Positions 1-26,418 of a DNA stretch of 64,000 nt are shown piece by piece. A model generated the notes under the pieces. That model was given only the letters and a program-made list of their open reading frames with translations, searched no databases and had not been told where the DNA came from. The stretch's first letter is position 1, and every line of letters begins with the position of its first letter. The position numbers were made by a program, and so were the translations under genes. This DNA comes from Tubiluchus corallicola. Its lineage: Eukaryota; Animalia; Priapulida. The stretch is taken from the NCBI GenBank assembly GCA_030141605.1, contig JAQGDQ010000062.1, positions 310,001 to 374,000 on the forward strand, written 5' to 3'.

Positions 1-549
1 TTTATGAATAAAATGACATTCACACGATTATCACTCAATACCCAATACATTAATACACGATCAAAAAACATTAATTAAGTTTCATAAATTCAAGAAACAA
101 AATCGTAGGGTCCACGGAACAGAAGTGATCTCCATTTCGCATGAAGAGTAGAATGAATATAAGCATCACACTGTAACATAGATTTAATGTACAAATTAGA
201 TGTATTAAAAAGCCTATTTCTAAAAGAAAATACAAACTTGTGCGTACGTCAAAATATGGGATGCCTAAATATACTGTCATTTCACGAGCATGTCAGGCGG
301 AAAATACATACACTTGGTTGAGATGGTGCGAAAATCATGATTGTGCGAGAATTGTTCATAACATTTTAGCAACTTCTGCAAGGCATATCAAGACCGTGCT
401 ATTATGCATAGATTGTCGGCATGCAGTAAGTGATCTATACAAGTAATTCCTAGCTTACACGTAGCATTTGAGTCTCAGTCGCGCATAGGCAGTGCGATAC
501 ATCTCAGGTAAATCAGGAACAACGGGTGCCATTAAGCATGTGTTGAACT

Positions 550-1773
550 TATTAAAATCGAAAGAGATGGCAATAATGAAATATGATTATCCGTAGCATG
601 ATAGCATGACTATGACGAGTATATCGTGAAGTCGCGGCCGACTACTTATAGTAGCATCGTGGTAATTGTTCTACATGCAGTATACTAAAGGACTAAGGTG
701 GAAATGTGCTTGAGATTATAGGGGAGATGGGTGACAGTAAAGGAAATTTTGAAATCGAGCAGAGTAACCGTGAAGGCTTAGCACAGGCTTAAGAGAGTAT
801 AACAGAACGATTTTTTAATTTTTTAAAAAATCTTTTTACATTTTTAAAGGATAATTTTTAATATTTTAATAAATCTTAGCTTTCTTAGATAGTAAGTCAA
901 GTTCAAGTATAATTTTACATAATGTGTAATTTTGGTACAGCTTTATATGGCTTACAGTTTTAAATATTTTTATGTATAATCTTACATAACATATAACTTC
1001 AGTACAAATTTATAGTTGGTAGTTTTAAATATTTCTATGTAATTTTATACAATGCACATAATAGACGAAATGATATGTCTACGGCCTATGAAAGATGTTT
1101 AAGAGTTTTATGCCTTGCACTAGAAGGCATCTTTTACAGCTAAGATTGAAGTAGGCTGTGTGTTTTTCATCACGAGCAGAAACAGGCAGCAACTTGGTTT
1201 CTGAAAAACGGTCGTTTTATCTGCTTGACCAAGGAGCTGGTTGATCTGCTATAAACCATGATGCGTCATCAATAATAATTTTTAAATTATATAATTTTAT
1301 TAGTTTAGTCTTTAGCCGTAATTATAGACTTAGCAATTAAGTAATTGTGAGGGTTAGTTTGTCGTAGGCGTGGTGGTGCATTGTTGCAGCAGTATTTTTT
1401 TGCAAATTCGTCAGCATTGCAAGAATGTGTAGTGCCGACGTGGCGAGGTAATTTTGTGTTGAAAGATGTTTTACTTCGATTATATCTGTGCAATGGAAGC
1501 GTATAAATGTTTTTTTACTAATTACAGTGCTACAGACAATTGCTAATGATTTTGCCAAGAGTTGCCTTCGTGTTTTTTATTGTCGTCGAGTAATGGCCAC
1601 AGTAATTATGGTTTTTAAAACAGTAGAATTCAATTAATTTTCGTTTATTTGTGCAACAGTTTTTAGAAATTAAAGATTCTTAATTAGTACTTTTGTTGTT
1701 TATTATATTATTCATAGTTTCCTAAACAGTACTATCTGTTAATTCATTTACATGCTTATTTTTAACAATTAGA
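550..1773. mobile_element. ~1.2-kb insertion flanked by a 24-bp direct repeat (TSD-like)
   Basis: GTGCCATTAAGC(A/G)TG(T/C)GTTGAACT at 526-549 and 1774-1797. The joined flanks align with an uninterrupted homolog at ~36408-36628. Confidence 0.55.
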
Positions 1774-2116
1774 GTGCCATTAAGCGTGCGTTGAACTCTT
1801 TATATGTCTCCCTTTAGTTGAGTTACTGTTTCTTACAATATCTGGTAACAGAGATTCTTACTGCTCATAGTAATCACACTATTGCTAGCTTGTCCATTAT
1901 CATATTTATACAAATCACTGTTGCAGAGCCTTGCTAACTCGTATGCTTGAAGTAACGGCTGATGCTTTTTTGGATTGGCTAGTATTTTCCGCCACGTTTT
2001 CATTTGTATACATTTCACCCAGTAAAAATACGGATTAATGCTTATATGATGGATGAGCATAAATAAAATGTTCAGCTATAATACCATTTGCACCGCCAGC
2101 TTTGTGTTTTTTCAAG

Positions 2117-15642
<13,526 letters not shown>

Positions 15643-16556
15643 GGTGGTAGATTGATTTGTTTAGGCTTTCTCAAATATTTAACAGAAAATTTCCATCCTA
15701 TTTACAGCAAATCATTTTTTGCTTTGTCTTCATCATTGTGGGTGAAAAAGTTAAGCGACGATCTTCTGTTATTTGCTATTCACTAGGAAATCATCGCTTT
15801 ATAAGCTCATACCTGTATTGTAGTTCTATATTGTAAGTTTGTCATCTTGTTATATTGCAAATTAACGTAACTTAGGCCTTAATTATATTTGAAGTCTATA
15901 ATAATAATAATATTTCTAAATTGTCATGTCAACAAATAAAAAAACAACCAGTTAACGTACTTCATAAATTCAGGAATGTGTTCATGTCGTAAATCTGGGT
16001 GTGATGACAAAGCAATGAAATTGTGCAATTTCACAGTCTAATAAAGTTTAGTCATTGCTTTTCGATCTTTAAGATTCCTTACATTTCCCAAATACGATTC
16101 AAATTTGAAATGTATTTTTGCATCGAAATGAAAACAGAACATTTAAAGTACTTGTATACCTAAAGTATATTGGCAGTATTATTTTATTGCATGCACTAGT
16201 AAGACGCACATACAATGCTATGTTACACCACAAAAGAAGGACTGTTTTTCACACCAAAAACAAAAATATATACATGAACTGATAAATTTGATTAAAGAAA
16301 AATATTTATTACAATTGTGCTGAATGTCTCGGTATGACTTTCGTCTGCATAATATAAAGTTTTTAGGAAATAACCTTTAAAAAGATGTAATAATGGATCA
16401 ATAATACGATTCAATATAGTTAATAATTAAAATTGGCAGCAAACACAATTTATTACATAACCCTAAAAACTAATTACAAGTAGTGTAATAGAATAATTAT
16501 AATAATAGCCAATAATAGATAAAAAATACGTCATAGTTGTATAGAAAATATATTAT

Positions 16557-16650
16557 AAAGCAGAAATCATCAAAGCATATATCATTAAAGCAAAATCATC
16601 AAAGCATAAATCATTAAAGCACAAATGAATCATGAAAGCATAAATCAATT
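16557..16650. repeat. ~15-bp minisatellite (AAAGCATAAATCATY), about 6 copies
   Basis: Visible degenerate tandem units. Confidence 0.7.
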
Positions 16651-18811
16651 CATTAAGTAAAGTAATTATCAAGTTATATAATAAGAATAGGAGCAAGCGA
16701 TGCCAAACATTTTTTTGGAGTTTTACACTAAACTTTATAATTTTATTTACGCAAAGGAGTGAAGGAGAAGGGAGTGTCACAGCAATTAGGCTCCATTGAC
16801 AATTGACCATTAACCATAACTCACATGTCTACTAGGGAACACAAACCATAAACCAGTGGATAATATCATCTGTCATTCACAGACCAAAACAACACCATCT
16901 ACCATAGACATTGGACCACACAATGTTAACCAAGTCATGTGCCGCGTGGATAAGCGTATGTCCAGGAACCACATCTGTATGTATCTCATCAGCACGTAGA
17001 GTTCAAAACTATGGCTTGTAACACCGCGTAAAATCTGTTGTTCACAATACATAACCATTTAAAACTATTTAACTGTTGTTAGGAATAGTGTTAATAAGTA
17101 TAATAAGAATAATGTGAGGAGCCTATAGATGAACTACTCAGGTAAAACAGTTCTAATGTATCAAACATTAAATATATATTATATATACAGACTTTTATAA
17201 TTTGCCACTATGTATATGATAAATTCTTTTAAAATTATACTGGGTGTTTACATGCTAAAATTTACTTAAGAACGTTGTTGTCTAAATTTAAATTTGTACC
17301 AAAGGATTTGGTGTAAAAACCTATTGTTGATGTGTCAGCGTTGTTCTCGAAGTTTTCTTAGTAATGTGAGCTTTTGGCTAACAAAATTACTGAAATTGGA
17401 AATTTTCAGTTTGAGACTTAGAGTTAATTCGTGATATTGGAAAGCCTTTGATAAACGACAAGGGTTACGAAGTTTAGATATAATTATAGAGCAACCAAAT
17501 TTTACATATATTATGAGCAATACTTCCATATTAAATGATCGTGGACTATAGCGTTAATTCGCCTAGTGTAGAGAAAATTAGTACTCCCCGTCTAACATTT
17601 TTTGCATGAAATCTTCAATTAGAGTTGCTCATTAGTATCAATTACTAAAGTAAAAAATAGTGCCACATTTAAAGTGGCGTAAAACTAAAAAAAGTTCCTT
17701 TTTCTTTTTTGATAGAGTGGCGGCAACGTTCTCGTAACGCACGTGCACTTGTATTTACCGTTAAAAACACTAAAAAAGGTATCTGTTTGACCAAGGTGTG
17801 CTGTGATCCCCAGGGGGGTGCCTTCTAGGGAGGACGAATGTCTTAAACAGAATGGCAGAAAACCAACACAAGAAACGCCATTAGAACTAATAATGAGAGA
17901 TTGTGTTCAACCAGTAGTCGGAGAAAAAAATTTAAAAGCAATATCAAGCCAGGTAAGTCTCACAGATAAAAGGCACGACAATATGACGAATGGACAACAA
18001 AAAGTCCATTAGTGTAAAATCTCCTGGCACAGAAAAGTAAAATAGTAGCAAGTGGTTTTGTGGAACATTTGGAAAACAGTGTAATGAGAACACATTCTCA
18101 ATATAGTACGTACTCAGATAGGGTATACTTTGGATGCTTAAAGGAAGGCGGAGTGATATTTCATATACTGCCCTATCTTCAAGTACGGTAAATAGTATAC
18201 ATTTTAACATCAATAACACTGCAAAAACGTTTCTGATAATGAAATAATAGATTAATAAATAATAAATTAAAATCTTAACGGCGGGCGAGCCCAACAATTG
18301 ATGACGTCATAAACTAACATAATTTTCAACATCAAGCAGATTCCATGAGCGGGTTGAACGTGTTTGCGAAAGCAAAAATTGAAGTACAGTGCTACTGTAC
18401 GATATTCAGGGTGTTGTACTAAAACTAGGCAAGTTTTAAGATAAAAATTCAAATTTCAAATTTACCGCTGTACTCACGCATCTGCTGTCGTACATGTGCA
18501 GTTAGTCACAGACTAACACATCTGAACTGAGAGCTACAGCAGTTTTGTGTACAATGCGTTTCCGAAATGCAGTTGCTAGTGCCCGTCTAACTAGCGAAAG
18601 GCGAAATGCATGTAACAGCAAGGAACTAGTGGCGCGCACGCGAAATTGTCTTTATGCGGTAATAATTTTTTCACGTAAGGCATTCTTTAAAAAATAGTAT
18701 GTTTTCTCTCAATATTTTAAAGAGTAGATTATTTTGACTTACCTTTTAACATTGGATCGGGTTTTGCTTTAAAGCGCAAGAAGCCCCTCCACTTACAAGT
18801 CATGAGGCTTT

Positions 18812-19395
18812 AAAAATTCATCTTGAAATTTTCTACCACTTACATACTGCCTTTTTGCAGCAATGTTGTATAATACGTGTAAATTTAAACACTGCGATGA
18901 CAATTAAGCGCAGCCATTTTAATGGGAGGTCGTATAATACAAATTTAGATAACATTGTGTGAAGTTTGGAAAAATAATCAGAGCATTCGTAGCACACGTG
19001 TTACTAACTAAGTAAAATTTTAAATTATTGTATCTTGTCAATAAGATTAAAAATACGTTTACTGAGTGGCGCACCCTGGAAGGTGAGCCAGCGACATTTT
19101 ACCAATTGGCATGAACATTCTAAATCATTATTTTTAGTTACAGAAGTCTTTCCAGCAGGTAATATAGTAATATAGCTAGGTAATATAGATTTGAATGGAA
19201 AGATTTTGTGACACTATTTAACATGGCCTTTTCTTCCCCTGCTTTACGTTCGCGTAAGTGACGTCATGTAATGGCGCCGTCGGAACAATAATGCGGGAGA
19301 TTTAAAATGAAAACAAACAAAAATTCCTTTTAACGCCAGTACGATATATGCCAGAAAATTGCTGTAAAGTAATACAATATTTTAAGGCGATTCTT
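18812..19395 (+). repeat. Interspersed repeat with an inverted copy at ~48057-48643
   Basis: Reverse-complement alignment by eye over ~580 bp. Confidence 0.9.
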
Positions 19396-20554
19396 TTGAA
19401 TGGTATCCCATTTCTTCTCTTTTAAGATTACCAGCTTATCAACGATTTCATTCATGTGAAGAAAATAAAAAACTTCTGCGCAAAATGTGCAGTAAGCAAA
19501 GTTGCGGAAGAAGAAAAATGCCTAAAGGACATACAGAAAATACTAAAAAAGACAAGGAACGTAAAAGAATCGATAATGTATCAGGACAAAAAAATTTATT
19601 CACTTCTTGATAGTAGAGGTAACAAGAGATCAAGCCAGAGAGGAGTTGTTCAAAGAAACAAACAAGAAAAGATAAAATAGGAGAAAAAAGAGAATATCTG
19701 GAAAACAAGAGAAATTAAGAAATAAAAAAATGAAATAACAAACTTTAAAGCAAAGCCTGAAAATAATGTGGGAAAAATATTAGACTGAAAGTAAACAACT
19801 TAAACTTCTATTATAAAATACTAAAGAAACTGAACCAGTGACTTGAGTTGAAATTATTAAAATGACAAGGAAATGAGACGAACAAAAGTGAAGAGGATGA
19901 CAGCAAGACAATAGTGAAGAAAGCGAAGAAAAACAAATAAGTGAAAGAGGAACGCAGAGGATATGTGATGATGCAGAGGAATTACATACAGGAATGCAAA
20001 TGGTATGCAAAAGGAGGACAGTATACAAAAAGATATGCAAGAAAAGGTATGGAAAAAATTGTAAATTTTGAAATCAGTATAGATGCACACAATCCAAAGG
20101 GAAAGAATGTGGGAACAATATTATATGAACAAAAAGAAAACAAAGCAACACAGGGATTAGAAAGCTCTGCTGTACATTTGAAGCAACCAAACATGTTCGT
20201 TCGAATTGTAGGTACAGACACTATTACACCAGAGTTAAAGGAAGGTACATATCCGCGTATGAAAGAAATTCTGGAAGAAGAGCAAGGGAACATAATACAG
20301 AAAATCTGGATCAGGAACCAAGAAAGAGGAATTATGATAGTAGAGAACAAATACGATACCTGACCTAAAAATATGAAGAACTAAATGGCAAGATGGATTT
20401 TTTAATTAAAAAATTAATGGAGACGACAGTGCAACAATCAGACAACACACAACATGCCAATACAAGGCCAACAAATAGCAAATGACAAGGGCAGATCCAT
20501 TTCATTACTGGACAGAAAGGGCCTTCATGAACAAGTAACAGAGTAACAGAGAAT

Positions 20555-22440
20555 GAGAAAAATGTTATGACGAGTTAGTATCCTGTTGTAATGAGATAAT
20601 AAGCCGTTACCATGAGATAACTATGTCGCTATAACGAGTTAGTATAACGTTGTAGCGAGGCAGTGTCTCTTTATAATGAGGTGGGATTTCTTTTTAACGA
20701 GGTATTATCTCGTTATAACAAGGTGGTATCTGGTAATAACGAGGTAGTATATCGTCACAATAAGATAGCTACGTGGGTATAACGAGATATATTTATGTCA
20801 TTATAACGAATTGGATATGTCCTTATAACGAAGTATAGTATCTCATTATAACGAAGTACTAGCTCATTATAATGAGATAGTAAGTCTTTATAAAGAGATA
20901 GCTACGAAGTTGGAGCTCAATTAGAATTGAAAATGAGCCGAACAAGACGAATACGCTGAGCTAATGATGATTACACACACTAATTTTATCGACAACGTTG
21001 GCAATAATTAGTCAGCTGAAAAAAACAAATCAAAACGCGCGAAGCAACAGCCATTTTACCTGGCTTGGCTGAAATAAAGAAAAGATTTCCAAAACGAGAA
21101 AATTTACATTAAATGAAAGACTTCAAAACAGTATTATTAATATTATAAAAATGCAGCTTTAAGGCAAATTGTTATTTTGGAGTTACGACGCCTTCGTCCT
21201 ATACGGGGCGTGTGCGACTATGCTAATCACTTTCCGAAAACTGCCGCATTAACTACTGTTTTGAAAGTGAAACTAATTGGTACAACTTGTAGTAGACGAG
21301 GTCAGTGAATCCCGTCTGTATGCCATATGTGGCTAGTATGACTGAAATTCAAAACTGTAGTTCCTTTTAGTCCTTGATTTCTGTTGCGTTAATTTTAATT
21401 AAGTTTCTTTACCATATAATTACATATACTTTAGTTACGTCTAATTACAATTTGCTGAAGAATTAATGTACAGTAAAACTAACGCTACTGACGTAATTTT
21501 GTATATTTTTAATAGTATAACTTAACATAGTAAAGTAATAAGTTGTAGAAGAAAACATACCTAATTTATTGAAAGTCCTTAATGATTATCACATTTTATT
21601 TTTTTCGTTTGGCTATGTTCGTTTTGTTTCGTCTCGTCTCGTTTCGTTTCACTTCATTTCGTTTCATTATATCTATTTTATTGTGTTTTATTTATTAGTG
21701 TGAAAGGCTTATTAAGTAACTACTCTTACATTGGGTAAGTCTCTAGCAAAACAGATAATAATTATAGTGAGTAACAAATTGCAATGCAAAAGAAAAAACA
21801 AAATAATAACTAATGAGCCAACAACCAGTAATTTAACCGACTTCACGTTTATGGCCTGACTGTCTGTCTGTCTGCCTGCCTGTTAATCGTACAATAGCGA
21901 TCAGAAGAACGACATACTACTACGTTACAACGACTTACTGTACATACAAGCACAAATATTAACATGTCTGTTCTTCAGAAAGACTCTTTTTATGTTTTAT
22001 TTTATGAAATTATGTATACCTTTTCGTCCATGCACGTCCTTCACTATATACTACTCTTTCCTCGTAAAGGACGCCAGACACAGCTAACCGAAGTGACAAT
22101 AAGTGACAATAGGGGAATAAAGAATTTAAAGTAATCAATTTAGAACACTTACTGCCTCGTTATAACGAAACAGTACCTGGTTACAATAACTTACAACCTT
22201 ATTATAACGAAATATTACTTGGTTACAATGACTTATAACCTCATTGTAACGAAATAGTAAATGGTTACTACGACATGCAGCTATATTTATGTTATTATGA
22301 CGAGATACTATTTCGTTACAAGGAGATAGCTTAAGTCATTAACGAATTTTTTCAGCGGTATAAGTCTGTATAATAACGTAACATCTCGTTATGTTATCAT
22401 AACGAGTCATTTATATTTTTCTTAAAAAGTGACACTAAAT
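20555..22440. mobile_element. Foldback/MITE-like element with arrays of palindromic CTCGTTATAACGAG-type ~21-bp units at both ends
   Basis: Arrays at ~20560-20905 and ~22155-22410; the right terminus matches the reverse complement of 43063-43095, which starts a third array. Confidence 0.5.
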
Positions 22441-24236
22441 TTGAGAAGACGCTACCACAACAAACGCTTTGACTTACTTTTGCACTTTGTTTTCAAATTG
22501 TTGGTTTTAAATAAAAATAAGCAAATAATGCTTAATTTACAACGCAACTAGCATACGCTTCAGGACTGGAACTAAATGTTGTTGCTCTTGTTTTGAAATG
22601 TGAGAATTGATAGACCCGGAATAAGTGAAATTTAGTACAAGTCGTAGAGTGATCGATGGAAAGCACGTTTCAACGACATTACGATACGACCAACTAACGA
22701 GCTTTCAGTTTTACGAGGTTAATTTACTACAAGGCATAACTTTTGCCATGCTGTAGGTATGTTGCTTTAGACGTCTTCAAATTGGATCCATATTTCGGAT
22801 ACGTGCATAGAGAAAATGGGTTATCCTAAATGACTTTCAAACTCAAAGACGTTAAAAAAACATATTCAAATAGATCTTGTCAAGACCCATATAACCACAG
22901 TAATTAAACAAAATCGACAATTTTTTTGCATTATAATCTGCTTGGTTACCTGACTGGGTTTGATGAGTTGTCTGGAAGGACTGAGAAACAAACCAGGATC
23001 CCATCATGTCTTGCAAATATAATTAAATAATACATTTACATCCTTACACTTGTCAATGCGAAGGAATGACTAAACATGTATGAGCCTGTAGACGGGTTAT
23101 AGCAGTGCATGATCAACTAAACACCAAGGGAGTAATGATCTATTATTGTACTCACTATATATATGACACAGATGATAGTGATTTGTAAGGCAGTGACTTA
23201 AATATGCCCTAATCGTTACCACTCCCCAAATTTAATAACCTTAATAGCCCAAAGGACGGCGAATCTAGACATGCAATGTTTAGATTATGAGTTAAATAAA
23301 TTGGAAGCTTTATCGTCTGTGAGTATTTTGCGCTTTGATATTCACCTGCTGAATAAAACAACAGGAGGCTCAGAAAACTGTTAATGAAATCCATACTAAT
23401 AGATACCGTGCGATCAGACGAGATAAACCCCCAATGCAAAAATAAGAGTGGAATGATAATAACAGAAAACGCTTAGTGTGAGATGATGATGATGATGACT
23501 ATGATGATCGAAATCTATGTTAATAACTGTGGCGATATTGGTAATGGCGACAATAATGATTTTTATCTTTCTCAATGTATTGTGACAGCCTGCCAGCCAA
23601 ACGCCTCGTCAAAAGGCATTTTTAAACAATGTTACCGATATAAAAACTATATATCGTGGTAGTAAAAAGAATACCTAAGTCAATGTTTCTCTAAGATAAT
23701 AAACCATTGCGAGGCAATTTTTTAAATATTACTTAGGTATAGGAAATGCTAGCATTATTAACGACTTTAGCGAGTTCAACACAGAAGTCATTGACTTGGT
23801 GAGTATTTAAAGCCAATGACATTACATGTCTCAGGTAAAATATAAATTGCCTGTTAAGGTCATTAGCATTGGGTGAAAGTGCTTTGTGATAGCCGCCGTA
23901 TATAAGTAATAGTACCTCCCCTTTCCCGTTTTTTCTAGCTGCACATTAGTGATCGATTTCAACACCAGCAACGTCAAAGCACCGTAAGTAAATATTTCAT
24001 TATGCAGTGTTTTGCTTTTCAATAAAAGCTGTAATTAATTTATGAACAGTGGCGTTTGCGTACAGTCACGATAGAGTACATTGCATTTACCGATTTGAAA
24101 TTTTTGAGTAGCAGACATGGATCGCTTTGCATTTTGTAAGTAAATGATATCATGTACGAAATAATTGCTGCGAAAAATTGTCACCAGTTTCAGTATTTAT
24201 TTTTACAATTTTATATGAGAATTAACAAAAACTTTT

Positions 24237-24383
24237 CATCGTCATCATCATCATGATCATCATCGTCGTCGTCGACGTCCTCATCATGATCATCACCATC
24301 ATCATTATCATATACCATTGTCATCATCATCATCGTCGTCGTCGTCATTATCATAATAATAACAACAATAATAATAATAGTAA

Positions 24384-24469
<86 letters not shown>

Positions 24470-24480
24470 ATGATAATAAT
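24237..24480. repeat. Compound microsatellite (CAT/CGT)n-(AAT)n-(AGT)n
   Basis: Directly visible. Confidence 0.95.
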
Positions 24481-24760
24481 TTAATGAAATTAACTAATAA
24501 CGCAATAATAAAATTAGCACGTAATGTAATAATCCGAAGTTAACGCATCATGGTAGCACCAAAAACCGCATAATGTAATAACATAAAGCAATAACCACAG
24601 AATTAATGTTACTTGGCACATTTTTCTTATGCAGAGTAAAAAACATCAGCGCAATGAGTCGGTTATTCAAGCAACCTCTCTGCTGCTTTATAATCGTTAT
24701 GATTGTTGTTGTTTTTAGTTTTTTTCTATTTTTTCTCAACTAATGACAACTGATTCACTT

Positions 24761-24762
<2 letters not shown>

Positions 24763-24850
<88 letters not shown>
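24763..24850. repeat. (CT)n microsatellite with conserved hairpin flank
   Basis: Followed by GAGTTACTGTAACTCGTAGTCAT, also found next to the (AG)n tract at 46602. Confidence 0.95.
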
Positions 24851-24853
<3 letters not shown>

Positions 24854-25189
24854 TGAGTTACTGTAACTCGTAGTCATACGATATGTGCTTAAAATTGCTT
24901 TAAAGTAGTATAATTTTTCAAGGTGATTTTTCTGAAACCTACTTCAGGTGCCCCTTTTCTTGTACTTTAATGCAGTGATTTATAGTTTGGTATGTTTATA
25001 AAACCCCTTTTATTTTGATAATGTGATTTTTATTCATAATTTTTATTGTGATTTTGTGATAATTTAGTATAATTTTTAATATCACTTTTAATTAATTTTG
25101 TTATGTACAGCACCATTGATAACATTTCTAGGTATCACAATGAGTACTTATAAGATGCAAATAATTGTAATAATGAGTTCTAAACAAGT

Positions 25190-25552
25190 ATCTACCTACC
25201 TACCTACCTACCTACCTTACTACCTGTCCTTCTACCTACCTTCCTACCTACCTACCTACCTACCTACCTACCTACCTACTACCTACCTACCTACCTACCT
25301 ACCTACCTACCTACCTAACTACTTACCTACCTTCCTACCTACCAACCTACCTACCTACCTTACTACCTACCTACCTACCTACCTACCTACCTACCTTCCT
25401 ATCTACCTACCTACCTACCTACCTACCTACCTTCCTACCTTACCTACCTACCTACCTACCTACCTACCTACCTTCCTATCTTCCTACCTACCTCCTTACT
25501 GCCTACAAGTGCAGTATATACACACGTTCATACCTATTAACCTACCTACCTA
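25190..25552. repeat. (CTAC)n tetranucleotide microsatellite
   Basis: Directly visible, imperfect. Confidence 0.95.
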
Positions 25553-25889
25553 TTAAACGTCTACTACATTATCTGTTGTAAAAACCAGAAATACCATGCG
25601 CCTGGCAGAGTAATTGCAGGTGCCATCAACACCATTATCACCTCCGTCATTACCGTCATACATATATTCTAAATCTTAATGGTAACCTATTTTTCATAAA
25701 TTTTGAACAATTTCTTACGATTTTCGACCAGTTGATGCTTCAAATTTAACATCGCACAAAATGCAATCATAGTGAGAGCATTCCAATCACTCAACTATCC
25801 TGTTCCGATACAACGCGAAAAAATATAGTCCGAGAATTAATGCAGCACGTAGAAACAGGGCGCGCGACTAGACTTTGATGCTGTAATAA

Positions 25890-26150
25890 TTCTAATCCAT
25901 ACCCAGGACCACCCTCGGCCCGTTCCCGTTCTCTACATCTCAGCCGTATAACTTTTGCAATTTTTTGCAAAAAACGGTCGAAAAAGGGGCATTTTTGGAG
26001 GTTTTTCGCCCGCCATTCCTCCCGGTGGGCCCGATTCGAAAAATAAACCATCAATGGCACGACACTAGATCGAGACCTTTCGTTTGATATATAGATCGCC
26101 GCAAATGGTGCCCTCGTCCGGGCTGTAGCCTCGAATCTTATATATATATA
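25890..26150 (+). mobile_element. Interspersed non-autonomous repeat ending in (TA)n; copy 2
   Basis: Aligns with 10822-11100. Confidence 0.7.
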
Positions 26151-26339
26151 AAGCCCATACCAAGAATATTAATATAAGAGTATAGATACCGCATATTCAA
26201 AAACTTAAAAAAAGCTTTAGGTTAATGAAGTCACTAAAGTGCAAAGTTTTTTAAAAGTTTGAGATTCAAAGTTGTCGATATACCAAGCATTTGCTAAATT
26301 AATATGGCAATCTCTTGATTAGCTAAAACTAAGTAACAT

Positions 26340-26418
26340 TGATTATCCAGATTCTGGATTATCCGGACTTTTTCGGTCTCTCAGAATCCAAATGTCTGGA
26401 TAATCGAGGTCCTACCGT
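26340..26418. mobile_element. Tc1/mariner-pogo type MITE remnant
   Basis: Ends in TCTGGATAATCGAGGTCCTACCG|TA, like a CAGTAGAACCTCGATTATCC-type TIR with TA target; internal GATTATCC(A/G)GA repeats. Confidence 0.55.

Noticed and set aside
16873-17058. Short minus-strand ORFs here and at 23209-23439, 27549-27764 and 37378-37662 as exons of a fourth gene
   Set aside because: No recognisable homology or consistent exon chain; cannot be excluded without RNA-seq.
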